Notes: generated by a model not told the origin, from the letters alone. A stretch of 25,488 nt of DNA from a virus (IMGVR_UViG_3300036833_000331:1-25488), one strand, 5' to 3'. Counted from the first letter of the stretch, positions 9,750 to 18,437 are shown. Translations and numbers: made by a program.

Positions 9750-10216
9750 GGTCCTGCGCCTGCCATCTGTTGTTGCATTGGGATTGGGCCTCTGGGTGGA
9801 GCTGCTCCCGGCATCCCACCACCAGCCATCGGTGGTCCGCCGCCTGGAGGGCCGCCTGGGCCGCCCGCCATCGGGGGACCGCCACCGCCACCTTTTAGAG
9901 CGTCCAGATCAGGTTCCCAAAACTTGGATCCGTCCCGATACATTTTGTCAGCGTGCTTGGCCTGGTCGGTACGCGGGTCCATCATCATGCGCGCCATATG
10001 GATTGCGGCCATCGCTTTACGCATGATGTCCATACCAACAGCGTGCGTGCCGCTTGGAGGAACATTCCCAGCTTGAGGAGAAGTAGACGGGGGGGACACA
10101 CCCGGCGATTGCTCGCTTGGTGGGCCCCCGGCACCGCCGCTCGGAACCGCGCCACCCGGAGGTGGTCCTCCAGGAGGGGGAGCTATAGCTTGGCCAGGAT
10201 CACCGGGTCCAGGCAC
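9746..10216 (-). CDS. Gly/Pro-rich low-complexity protein
   Basis: 156 aa with PPPGGPPPGG / GGPPMAGG repeats flanking a short helical core. Confidence 0.6.
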   Translation of the reverse strand: MPGPGDPGQAIAPPPGGPPPGGAVPSGGAGGPPSEQSPGVSPPSTSPQAGNVPPSGTHAVGMDIMRKAMAAIHMARMMMDPRTDQAKHADKMYRDGSKFWEPDLDALKGGGGGPPMAGGPGGPPGGGPPMAGGGMPGAAPPRGPIPMQQQMAGAGP

Positions 10217-10243
10217 AAAAGTTAGAGCTTCCCAAAGTCGCGA

Positions 10244-10303
10244 TTACTTTCGACGGCCTTTGTGACGGCCGCGCCGAAACTCAAGAATCTCAGTAATCAA
10301 CAT
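10244..10303 (-). CDS. 19-aa basic peptide (not in ORF track)
   Basis: MLITEILEFRRGRHKGRRK, preceded by a perfect AGGAGG Shine-Dalgarno (10315-10320). Confidence 0.55.
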   Translation of the reverse strand: MLITEILEFRRGRHKGRRK

Positions 10304-10368
10304 TTGGGTAACTTCCTCCTTTCCTGGAAAGAAGGTATGCTCCCAAAGTCAACTACTTACAAGAGTTT

Positions 10369-10515
10369 TTACGTTTTATCCGTAATTTCCAAGAACCGGT
10401 GTTTGACCAGCTCAATACATCCAAGGACTTCGACGAAGGTCATGTCCTCGAAACGACCGTCGAAAATGACCTTTGAAATTGCCTCGGCGAGTAATTCGGA
10501 CTTAGGCTCTATCAT
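10369..10515 (-). CDS. Small hypothetical protein, 48 aa (not in ORF track)
   Basis: MIEPKSELLAEAISKVIFDGRFEDMTFVEVLGCIELVKHRFLEITDKT. ATGA overlap with the upstream stop. Confidence 0.6.
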   Translation of the reverse strand: MIEPKSELLAEAISKVIFDGRFEDMTFVEVLGCIELVKHRFLEITDKT

Positions 10516-10799
10516 CGGTAGCGGTATTGCCAGAAGGTGATCGGGCGGTTATGGCAGGTCCGACGATCAGAACGGCTGACCTTCAATCGGATCCAATCGC
10601 TGCGCGGATAAAAGATCGATCCCATCACACGCGGGTCTTTGCCTAACGGTGGCGGGCAGTTACGCCGCACGTCATCTGCACTTACCATGGGTTGAAGCTT
10701 CCCTAGCCGTTTGGCCTCGGCCCTAGCGATTTGAAGCCAGTCTGATCGGGTGTCCTCGAAGAGCGGCAAAATCTCCTGCTCGAAAATATCGTGCTTCAT
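10512..10799 (-). CDS. Hypothetical protein (possible small DNA-binding fold)
   Basis: 95 aa, VSADDVR...DPRVMGSIF...CHNRPITFW. ATGA-coupled to the portal gene. Confidence 0.6.
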   Translation of the reverse strand: MKHDIFEQEILPLFEDTRSDWLQIARAEAKRLGKLQPMVSADDVRRNCPPPLGKDPRVMGSIFYPRSDWIRLKVSRSDRRTCHNRPITFWQYRYR

Positions 10800-12451
10800 G
10801 CCTCGACGCCTGCCTGTTCTTTGCCGCCACGCTTGAGCTGCTGCTCCAATTTTATCTTCTCGCGGGCGATCATCTGGGCTTGTTCAATCGCTTCCAAGTC
10901 ATGCAGCATGAGGGATTGCATCATCGGGGATAGCATCCGGATAACGCGCGAAGGTTTAACGATGCCCATCTGGAAAAGCCCTTTCGCTTCGGTCTTCAAA
11001 TCTTCAACGGCAATGGGGCTGGAGCTGTGAGCATCGACCCTGATCTTGACGTCAGCCGGGAATTGGGCCACCCAAAACAGCTGCTTCTTGGAATCGCGCA
11101 GCTTGTGCGTGTTGTAGCGCCTCATGCTCTGGAAAATCAGTTGTGCAAAATCCTCGCACTGGGATTGAACCTGCAAGCTTTTGATGATGATCTCTGCGCT
11201 CGCGAGACTCCTGAGTGAGTTTAAGACCGACTCGCCGCGCACACCGGGTTCATTGCGGCCGCGCATCATGGGTGCGATCTGGGATTGTTCATCCATCTGG
11301 GATGCAATCACCTGCATCATGGTGTAATCGCTCTCGCTCATCTCTGGCTTGAACTGCTGAATAGAAGCGTTCTGGTTCGGGAACGCCACCCGGCCCCCGG
11401 CTCGGCTTAAGCCGGCGAGCTTTTCCTGGAAGCCTTGCCCCAAACCGATACCAGCAGTTGGCGGACGCAAGGACATGCGGAATTTCTCGTCCATGCCTTC
11501 CATGCGGTTTAAGTACCACTCTTGCAGAGGCGTGATATTCTCAATGAGACTTGATCCCCAGAAACTTTCGGGATCTTCGTCGGGACATATTTTGGCGTAG
11601 GGCAGCATTTGCGGTACACCGCATCGATATCCTGGACGGTCTGCCAGGATAACGTCACCTGAAATGGTGAATAGACGCCAGTCACCAAGATCATCATCGT
11701 AGAGTCGCAAATCATAAAATTCAGCGGCAATCTGTGCCGGAGGATCTTCACCGTCACCTGAAACACTAGGCCAGTTCTGGGGTTTCGCCTGGAGTTGGGT
11801 TGCACCGGGGGCCATCCCGCTGATGCGGCTCCCTCGCTCGCCGGCATCCACCTGAACAAAAGCGAGTTTGTGATAAACCTCGTTTTTGTCGGGCCGGTTC
11901 CGGACCCAGCGGTCAAGCTCTTCGGGCGAATGATAGGAGCGGACACAGACGGCCTGCTGATTGGAAAGCTTCCAGCTGCCGGCGCCAATCTCGCGTGACA
12001 CGCCAAAGTCACGCGGGTGAATCAGGTCGGCACGGAGTTCGACCTCGCCGTCGGTGCGGATCTGCGGAGTGCAGGAAATGATCCGGCAACCGTCGACCAA
12101 GCCGTACTTGACACCCATCGGGAAAAGCAGATCCAGATCCAAGTCACTCCACATCATCTGGATGGCGTCAGTGACCGATTCTATCTGATCCCAGACTGCC
12201 TCGTCTTCTTCTTCCGGGGGGACCACGCCGGCAAATTTGATGAGATGCGGCGCAAAGAGTAGCGCAGCCTGTTTATCAATGGCGGGCCCCGCCTTGTTGA
12301 GGCGGCCCCGGACAATACCCGATGCGCCTCGTTTGTAGATTGCTTCCCTTCGGGAGTAAGCGTTAGCGCGACCGCCCATGCTGCGAGTGCAGAGCCAGAG
12401 CTGTTCGAAAACGGCATCTTTTAACTTCCTGGAATTTTGGGGCAGGATCAA
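10796..12451 (-). CDS. Portal protein
   Basis: 551 aa between TerL and capsid. Motifs LPYAKI...PESFWGSSLIENITPLQ and IAPMMRG resemble P22/T7-like portals. Confidence 0.85.
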   Translation of the reverse strand: MILPQNSRKLKDAVFEQLWLCTRSMGGRANAYSRREAIYKRGASGIVRGRLNKAGPAIDKQAALLFAPHLIKFAGVVPPEEEDEAVWDQIESVTDAIQMMWSDLDLDLLFPMGVKYGLVDGCRIISCTPQIRTDGEVELRADLIHPRDFGVSREIGAGSWKLSNQQAVCVRSYHSPEELDRWVRNRPDKNEVYHKLAFVQVDAGERGSRISGMAPGATQLQAKPQNWPSVSGDGEDPPAQIAAEFYDLRLYDDDLGDWRLFTISGDVILADRPGYRCGVPQMLPYAKICPDEDPESFWGSSLIENITPLQEWYLNRMEGMDEKFRMSLRPPTAGIGLGQGFQEKLAGLSRAGGRVAFPNQNASIQQFKPEMSESDYTMMQVIASQMDEQSQIAPMMRGRNEPGVRGESVLNSLRSLASAEIIIKSLQVQSQCEDFAQLIFQSMRRYNTHKLRDSKKQLFWVAQFPADVKIRVDAHSSSPIAVEDLKTEAKGLFQMGIVKPSRVIRMLSPMMQSLMLHDLEAIEQAQMIAREKIKLEQQLKRGGKEQAGVEA

Positions 12452-12642
12452 GAGTACCTCACGTTAGCCAGCGGGAGCAGTAGATAGATGAGAATCAGGG
12501 CAAAGATCAGCACCACAATAAAGCGTGCGATTGCCGCGAAAGGTTCGGGCATCGGCAAATAGGAAAGCGCCCACCAGAGCAGCCAGAAGACCAGCCCCAG
12601 AATAATGATGACTACGAGTAAATGGATCAGCGCACCGACCAT
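12448..12642 (-). CDS. Small two-TM membrane protein
   Basis: 64 aa, two hydrophobic helices separated by LPMPEPF. Confidence 0.75.
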   Translation of the reverse strand: MVGALIHLLVVIIILGLVFWLLWWALSYLPMPEPFAAIARFIVVLIFALILIYLLLPLANVRYS

Positions 12643-12830
12643 CGGAAGCTCTCAGAAAAGGCCGCCCATCTAATGACATTAGGCAGACAATGCTCGCAAA
12701 AGACATAAATGCCTTCGCCCTCACTAGCTATATACTGGTGTGTATCTGGTTGCATCAATTGACTACAACAAAAGCATTCGTAGCCGCCTTTGGCTGTATC
12801 AAGAGAACGAAGCGTGCTCAGAGGTCTCAT
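12627..12830 (-). CDS. Small Cys-rich (zinc-finger-like) protein
   Basis: CFCC...CEHC, with an ATGA overlap to the upstream gene. Confidence 0.5.
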   Translation of the reverse strand: MRPLSTLRSLDTAKGGYECFCCSQLMQPDTHQYIASEGEGIYVFCEHCLPNVIRWAAFSESFRWSVR

Positions 12831-13363
12831 TTATCCCGTGCGACGATCTTTGTGCCCTGTCGCAATATGGGGCTAAACCCGCCGACGACCTGGCCGGGTT
12901 GGACGACGGGATGGACTGCGGGCGGGGCAAATGGCTGGCCGTCCATGCTCATGCCCTGAAGGTTGTATCCGGCTTTGCGTAATTGGTCCAAGCCGCCATA
13001 AGCACGGATCGGCATATCGGTAGGCTGCCCGTACATCCCGCCAACCGAGTTGTAATTTGCGCGAACCTTCTTCGACCCTCGGCTGAAAGTGCATTTCGGA
13101 ATCTTCTCCCCGTTGGGCCCTTCCTTGTGTTCGCAGTTGGTGATACCCAGCGTCTTGAAATTGGACTCCATGCAAGCGTCGATACTGCGAGCGGAATGCG
13201 GTGTAGCTGTTCCGCCGGCATAACCTGGTGGTCGCCCGCTCTCCAGACAGCTCTCGATACCGCTCATGGCTGTAGCGCGTGAGCCGCAACGGGAACACAG
13301 ATCCAGAAGACCGTCGAAAACGTGTTCACATTTCAGACACCTGAATGTTCGGAAAAGGCCCAT
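12827..13363 (-). CDS. Zinc-ribbon-containing hypothetical protein
   Basis: N-terminal FRCLKCEHVF...CSRCGS (CxxC-CxxC). Confidence 0.65.
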   Translation of the reverse strand: MGLFRTFRCLKCEHVFDGLLDLCSRCGSRATAMSGIESCLESGRPPGYAGGTATPHSARSIDACMESNFKTLGITNCEHKEGPNGEKIPKCTFSRGSKKVRANYNSVGGMYGQPTDMPIRAYGGLDQLRKAGYNLQGMSMDGQPFAPPAVHPVVQPGQVVGGFSPILRQGTKIVARDK

Positions 13364-13372
13364 TTTAAAAAA

Positions 13373-13822
13373 TCACGTATATATATATACCAGTTTAGAT
13401 AAAAGATGCTGTCCGCTAGCGCTCATCCCGGTCTTCTTCCACCCAGCCATCTTGAAGCAATACCCCGGATTCGCGCTGAGAATCTTTGCTGGATTGACAT
13501 AAGTGTACATCCGGTTCGGACCCCATTTATCGAACGCCATTGTCTCGCACTCTAGAATAATATCACTGGAACGCCTAGATGACTCATTACGAAATATAGC
13601 GCAATTGTACCCCGTCTGATTATCCATCCTCATTTCGTATTGCGGCCATATCCAGGCAAATACCATAGTGCCCTCGGCGTTGCGTATCACAAGCTTTCTT
13701 CCACTGTAAAGAAACTGACGAGCGCCTATCGTTCTTCTGCTGTAATGACGATCGGCAAGTATTCGGCATTCCTGGTCGAAATGGTTAGAGACAATTAAAG
13801 AATCATCGAATTTCAACCACAT
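13373..13822 (-). CDS. Putative GNAT / Mom-like protein
   Basis: LADRHYSR N-terminal motif, NCAIFRNE, and a C-terminal YTYV...NPGYCFKMAGW resembling the acetyl-CoA-binding end of Mom/GNAT proteins. Confidence 0.55.
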   Translation of the reverse strand: MWLKFDDSLIVSNHFDQECRILADRHYSRRTIGARQFLYSGRKLVIRNAEGTMVFAWIWPQYEMRMDNQTGYNCAIFRNESSRRSSDIILECETMAFDKWGPNRMYTYVNPAKILSANPGYCFKMAGWKKTGMSASGQHLLSKLVYIYT

Positions 13823-13828
13823 GAGATG

Positions 13829-15787
13829 CTACTCGAACCAGTTTTGCTCTTCACGAGCCTCGGCCTGGACTGCTTGTAACCAATCGGGAGTCTCGCTAAA
13901 TCCCTCGTTTTCCTCAAGAACTTCCTGCTTGATCCGGTTTCGCCAATCGTTAATGGCGTGCTGCATGATCTGGCCCGGATCTAGAATGCCGCCCTCCGGC
14001 ATTTCAGAAACCTGTTTCTGATCGGTGGATAAGGATAAAGTGTCAACGTCCTGGAGTTGGGCATAGGCCATGCAGGCGATGGCCAGCGCCAAGACCCGGT
14101 GATCGTCGTCGCCGGTATCGATATCGCCGTTACGCAGCATGGTGGCGCGCTCGCATTCCCGGATAGCGTCGGCGGAATGGAGTTCAAGCATATCGCGCGA
14201 AACCATGTTTTTCAAGTTATGCAGCATCGGCCCGCGCGTGCGCCAGGAGGTTTCCCAGTGTACTGTGCTGCCGCGTCCTGCTGTCGAATCAAATTTTACG
14301 TACTGGTAATGGGACATGCGGCTGAAGTACCTGACTAGTTTGTCCGAGTAACCATAGGCGGCACTGGCCTGGAGTTTTTTTATTTCGTCGTAGATCTGAG
14401 TACCCCCGCCTTGCATCTCGATGTTAAGGTGGGTCTCAGCGTAACTTGTCGAGTACGCACCGACCAGATGCAGGATTACCCAGGCCTGCTGATAAGTGGG
14501 GATCTCATTACGGGAAAACTCCGCTACCTGCACGGCCTTGTCGAGCCAGGCGCAAAGCACTTGGCCGCAACAATTGTCGCCCTCCTCGTTCGCGCCGTGA
14601 GAAGGATCCCAGCCAAGGCAATAGCGAACATTGGGTCCGTCGATCGGATCACAGAAACAGACCAGATCATAGTAATGAGACTCCGGATCAACTTCCTCTA
14701 AATCGCTCGATTCAAAATTGACGCCGTCTCCGGGATCAAAGACGAAAAAGCGTTTGGGTCTGGCGCGATCCTTGATTACGCGAGTAATCTGGACTGAGAG
14801 TTTGTGGCCATCGATAAAGCCGCGACCTCCGTAGGTCCATGCATCCTCGGGGATCGCCGGGTACTCCTGGTACATAAGGAGGATATTTTTCTTTTTTTTC
14901 TCACTCAAGTGCCAGCGCCACCAACTGAGCTGAGTAGGACGTATTTCATAGTTGTAACGGACGCGGACTCCCTCGACCCAGCGGGTTTCGTCCCGAGTGA
15001 GGCGGGGGCAGGGGAGCCAATAAGCTTCAAAACGTTTTTTGTGTTCGGGGTTTTTGAGATCGTGCTCGTACCAGGGATGTATCCACCAGGGGATAAAGAT
15101 CGCCTCCGCAGAGGTGTTGCCAACGCGAGCGGCGTCGTCGTAAAGTTCCTTGAATAGATTGGGCCCCTCGCTGGTTCCCTCGAATACGTTGAGTGCAAGA
15201 GGGCTATTCTCACTCATAGAGCTAGTCAGTGACAGCAGACCCTTCTCGTCCCGGTAACGACCGATCTCGGTTGCCCAGTTGCAGATACTTCCGATGGACT
15301 TTCCTAAGCCGCCTTCGTCCTGGCTGTTGGCGTTTTGCCAGTTGATTTCGCTCCCGTTCAGAAAGGAAAGGACCTCGCGATTATTGTCGTCAATCTCCTG
15401 CCGCCATTCGGGATGTTTCTCCAGCGACTTGACAAACTGGACGGTGAGCCGGCGGTTGCGCGACACCCTGGAAGAATTGTCGGCAATGAAATTTGAAACC
15501 ATGCCGTCATGCTTGAAATTCCACATCAGAAGAATCAACACCCCTTCGGTGGTGATTCCTGATTGTCGGCATTTGAGTATATAGAAGGTGTGGATGCCGC
15601 GCGCGATCCCTGCCTTCATGCGCTCGGCAACGTAAACTTGCGTCGCTAAGAACGGATCGAATGGGCGCAAGATCTGGGAAACCCCAAGTTCGGGATCGTC
15701 ACCGGGTTCCTTGGACGGGATCAGCACGTGCTTACCCATCTGCATCAACAGCTCCGGATCAAATGCTGTCTTCTTCATGCTTGACAC
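13829..15787 (-). CDS. terL: Terminase large subunit
   Basis: Walker A variant ILKCRQSGITT, Walker B-like NWATEIG, motif III FEGTSEG, FIPWW, RNase-H-like LGWDPSHG and DDDHRVLALAIA. Start is GTG 15787 or ATG 15778. Confidence 0.93.
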   Translation of the reverse strand: MSSMKKTAFDPELLMQMGKHVLIPSKEPGDDPELGVSQILRPFDPFLATQVYVAERMKAGIARGIHTFYILKCRQSGITTEGVLILLMWNFKHDGMVSNFIADNSSRVSRNRRLTVQFVKSLEKHPEWRQEIDDNNREVLSFLNGSEINWQNANSQDEGGLGKSIGSICNWATEIGRYRDEKGLLSLTSSMSENSPLALNVFEGTSEGPNLFKELYDDAARVGNTSAEAIFIPWWIHPWYEHDLKNPEHKKRFEAYWLPCPRLTRDETRWVEGVRVRYNYEIRPTQLSWWRWHLSEKKKKNILLMYQEYPAIPEDAWTYGGRGFIDGHKLSVQITRVIKDRARPKRFFVFDPGDGVNFESSDLEEVDPESHYYDLVCFCDPIDGPNVRYCLGWDPSHGANEEGDNCCGQVLCAWLDKAVQVAEFSRNEIPTYQQAWVILHLVGAYSTSYAETHLNIEMQGGGTQIYDEIKKLQASAAYGYSDKLVRYFSRMSHYQYVKFDSTAGRGSTVHWETSWRTRGPMLHNLKNMVSRDMLELHSADAIRECERATMLRNGDIDTGDDDHRVLALAIACMAYAQLQDVDTLSLSTDQKQVSEMPEGGILDPGQIMQHAINDWRNRIKQEVLEENEGFSETPDWLQAVQAEAREEQNWFE

Positions 15788-15809
15788 ATTCTTACTAAAG
15801 TGTTATTCT
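15781..15809 (+). promoter_or_regulatory. Sigma70-type promoter for the rightward operon
   Basis: TTGACA (15781-86), 17-nt spacer, TATTCT (15804-09) with extended -10 TG. ATG follows at 15818. Confidence 0.7.
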
Positions 15810-15817
15810 CACTCATT

Positions 15818-16009
15818 ATGGCACAAGGAGCAACTAAGTATGAGCGGATATTCTATACACCCAACCCGGTAAGCGAGGAAGCTATCGAAGCGTTTCGGGC
15901 AAAAATGCTCAAACTCGAAGGCTTAAAGTTGAGCCGCTCAGCAGCGTTAAAGTTCTTCGCTGATCGGGGTGCGAAGGCCTGGCTGGAAAATCAGAAAGCC
16001 TCTAAATGA
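15818..16009 (+). CDS. Small ribbon-helix-helix-like DNA-binding protein
   Basis: 63 aa with a strand-helix-helix pattern (RIFYT / EEAIEAFRAKM / LSRSAALKFFADRG). Divergent from terL. Confidence 0.55.
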   Translation: MAQGATKYERIFYTPNPVSEEAIEAFRAKMLKLEGLKLSRSAALKFFADRGAKAWLENQKASK

Positions 16010-16049
16010 TTCCATCCTCCCTAGCGGGGTTGTACGCTGGTCGCTTGTC

Positions 16050-16355
16050 ATGGCTGGAAGCTACAACCCAAGCGACTCGGAAAAGAACTGGCTCAAACGC
16101 CAGTACGAACTAGGAGGAATGAACAAAACGCCAATAGTCCGAAAACGAAAATTGCCACCCGAACCGGCAGGTTTCCGGCAATGGATCAGGCTCACTTACC
16201 CTGGCGGACAACTGGTGACCTTGCCTTCGGGGCAGGAAGTGCGGCTGGCCCCCGGCAACGCTGAATTGGAATGGCGCGAATACGTCCAAATGTTTCCCGA
16301 CGTGATCGCCCGCTACAAGCGCAGCGCGATGTACCGCAAACTCAATGAACATTGA
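16050..16355 (+). CDS. Hypothetical protein
   Basis: First ATG of the 15969..16355 frame (MAGSYNPSDSEK, 101 aa). Confidence 0.5.
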   Translation: MAGSYNPSDSEKNWLKRQYELGGMNKTPIVRKRKLPPEPAGFRQWIRLTYPGGQLVTLPSGQEVRLAPGNAELEWREYVQMFPDVIARYKRSAMYRKLNEH

Positions 16356-16515
16356 TGCCCAAATCTGGCTCGCTCTAGATCGGACAACAGGCAAATGGTT
16401 CGTCATGCTCAAAGCTGAACGACAACCTTTGCGCGACTGGATCCTGAAAACTAGGGGCCCCTTTAAACGCATCTACACTGCGCGGACTCGCGCCGCCTCC
16501 CTTAACCACAAATGA
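16345..16515 (+). CDS. Small hypothetical protein, 56 aa
   Basis: MNIDAQIWLALDRTTGKWFVML..., first of a chain of overlapping micro-ORFs. Confidence 0.5.
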   Translation: MNIDAQIWLALDRTTGKWFVMLKAERQPLRDWILKTRGPFKRIYTARTRAASLNHK

Positions 16516-16616
16516 TCGACTTACTCGAACTCGGACTTCGCTCGGGCCTCATCCCACTGTTGGGCGACCTGCTCATTTTCTCCGTTATCTTTATCGCCTG
16601 CGCACTAACCAGATGA
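16512..16616 (+). CDS. Small hydrophobic peptide, 34 aa
   Basis: MIDLLELGLRSGLIPLLGDLLIFSVIFIACALTR, with ATGA overlaps on both sides. Confidence 0.5.
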   Translation: MIDLLELGLRSGLIPLLGDLLIFSVIFIACALTR

Positions 16617-16780
16617 AACCAAAACATACCCAAGACTTAACCGCAGACGAAAAAGCTTACTTAAGGCGGTTCCTCAAGGAACATTACGACTTCTATCACA
16701 AAGTAGCCCAACACGGCTCTACCCCAGGCAACACTAAACTTTTCGCCCTGGTAGAAAGCATCTGGCTCAAACTACAATGA
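16613..16780 (+). CDS. Small hypothetical protein, 55 aa
   Basis: MKPKHTQDLTADEKAYLRRFLKEHYDF..., ATGA-coupled. Confidence 0.55.
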   Translation: MKPKHTQDLTADEKAYLRRFLKEHYDFYHKVAQHGSTPGNTKLFALVESIWLKLQ

Positions 16781-16893
16781 GATCGCGCTGGTATGAGCTA
16801 ATCGGCCTATTGCGCATCGCGCTCGACATCTTGAGCCGAAGAAAAAGAATGCCGGCCAATTCGGATGTTGACCGGCACCCAAATGAACATTGA
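16777..16893 (+). CDS. Small hypothetical protein, 38 aa
   Basis: MRSRWYELIGLLRIALDILSRRKR..., ATGA-coupled. Confidence 0.4.
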   Translation: MRSRWYELIGLLRIALDILSRRKRMPANSDVDRHPNEH

Positions 16894-16922
16894 AACACCT
16901 TGAACCTTTTAACCAATAACCA

Positions 16923-17270
16923 ATGGCAACCAAACACTGCTCACACGCCAAACGCAAGCAAGAATACGATCAGTTTCTACGCAGCAACCAATGGCAGGTC
17001 TTACGCCAAGTGGTGTTGTGCCGAGACGGTTACCAATGCGTCTATTGCCAAAGACCAGCTAAACAGGTCCATCACCTCCACTACCGCAATTGGACCGATC
17101 CATCCTCGATGGAGAGCGTCTGCCAAGATTGTCATTACTTAATCCATAATGGCAAGCACAGCGGGTTTGCCCTGTTTTTCTTTCGCGTGTGCCGCAAACA
17201 ACCGCTGCCAAACAGATTATACCCATCCAGTATTTACCGCGCCGCGCAAAAAGCGGGCTTCCTCGTCTAA
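16923..17270 (+). CDS. HNH endonuclease
   Basis: WQVLRQVVLCRDGYQCVYC...QVHHLHY...SVCQDCHYLIH is the canonical zinc-binding phage HNH motif. Confidence 0.9.
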   Translation: MATKHCSHAKRKQEYDQFLRSNQWQVLRQVVLCRDGYQCVYCQRPAKQVHHLHYRNWTDPSSMESVCQDCHYLIHNGKHSGFALFFFRVCRKQPLPNRLYPSSIYRAAQKAGFLV

Positions 17271-17876
17271 TTCAAGGTGAACAACGATCAGTTGTAAATA
17301 AGCTTGATTTTCTGTCTCTCTAGTCTCTAAAATCCCGCCTTCCCAGGCGGGCGAAGACCCTATCCGTGAGCCTCGTGTTAGTCCTCACTCCCGGATTACA
17401 CACACTCAACTTCCCAGCGCGCCTCACCCCTGACGTTCCCTCTCTTGCCATCGCGTCCACCAGACGACGCGCCTGTAGGTTGTAAAACCGCTTCGAGCGT
17501 GAGTCTTCTCTTTCGAACGTTCAAAGAAGCGCGCTTAAGTCAAAGCCGCCTCCCGCGCTCCGCCAGAGACTCCACCGTCACTGAAATCACGCGGACCCCC
17601 TACCCCCCTGACGCAGGGGGAAGAGATTCGGCAACGAAAGGAAAAAAACGTCACGTGCAAACTTTTTGGGGGAAATCGCCAAGGAGGAGCTCGTGGAAAT
17701 TCTCCCGCGCTGACCACACTTTTGTGCGTCTGCACGAGAAAAAGCATGCTAGAATCACTCACACAGCCGCAACCCCTAGGGAGCAGGCACGTCGTTCATA
17801 CGTAAGGCGTTGCGTGTGAGTACATTAACGCATAACATCATACAATCGAGGTCATATCAAACAGACCTTCGAAACC

Positions 17877-17928
17877 GGTTGACTTGTCATCCGCTATTTG
17901 TACATATGCGTATGATGACATGTCAACC
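17877..17928. repeat. 15-bp inverted repeat (1 mismatch), 22-nt spacer
   Basis: GGTTGACTTGTCATC (17877-91) and GATGACATGTCAACC (17914-28). Confidence 0.8.
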
Positions 17929-17993
17929 ATCACACATCACCGCATAAGATAGCAGCCATAGACAAGACACTCGCATACGCGTATACGCGTGCA

Positions 17994-18437
17994 ATGGAGA
18001 CCGACGACTGGATGGTAGCGGAGGCGATCCGGATAGTATTGGCGCATTGCCGGGATGATGTGGTGAGGATGCCGACGTTGAAAGACTTCCGGATAGCGAG
18101 GGTGATGTTGAGGTGCTGGTACCACGGGGAGAAGACGTGGAAGGTAGCGTTGGGGGTGAGAGAGCGAGTGGCGAGGTATGGGATGGATCCGGACACGTTT
18201 CGGATAATGGATGGGGAAGCGTTTCACTTGGCGAGGCGAGATGCGGAGGGGGAGATCTATGAGCGGCACCAGCGGAGGGTGGCGAGGGGGCGCAAGAAAG
18301 TGATGGGAGTGGAGAAGCCGAAGTTAGAGCATTACGCGAAGTATTACGCAAAGCAGAAAGAGGCTGGAGTAAAGGAGCGAAGTGGGGACATGTTGAGTAA
18401 GTGGCGCAAGGGGAAGGAGATGGAAGAGTTTGGGTAG
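17994..18437 (+). CDS. Hypothetical basic protein
   Basis: 147 aa, R/K/E-rich, encoded by strongly G-rich DNA. Confidence 0.55.
   Translation: METDDWMVAEAIRIVLAHCRDDVVRMPTLKDFRIARVMLRCWYHGEKTWKVALGVRERVARYGMDPDTFRIMDGEAFHLARRDAEGEIYERHQRRVARGRKKVMGVEKPKLEHYAKYYAKQKEAGVKERSGDMLSKWRKGKEMEEFG

Noticed and set aside
12653-12670. 15/18 self-match (GATGGGCGGCCTTTTCTG) to the predicted target of unit 23887 (GATGGGCGGCCTACTTTG)
   Set aside because: A rough expectation for a 15/18 match over 22 guides and both strands of 25 kb is about 0.3-0.4, so it is compatible with chance. Worth rechecking only against homologous genes of related phages.
13416-13425. 10-nt match to a spacer (CTAGCGCTCA)
   Set aside because: The partner spacer does not match adjacent DNA, and such hits are expected with 44 spacers.
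16366-16375. Lone copy of the array repeat TGGCTCGCTC
   Set aside because: Inside a coding micro-ORF, with no second repeat or periodicity. A single 10-mer match is plausible by chance.
16923-17270. HNH as trans-acting nuclease for TasA
   Set aside because: About 7 kb away on the opposite strand, and it looks like an ordinary stand-alone phage HNH. No evidence of linkage.
17445-17819. 124-aa plus ORF and 75-aa minus ORF
   Set aside because: TTG start or no RBS, S/R/P-rich composition typical of non-coding DNA, and overlap with hairpins.
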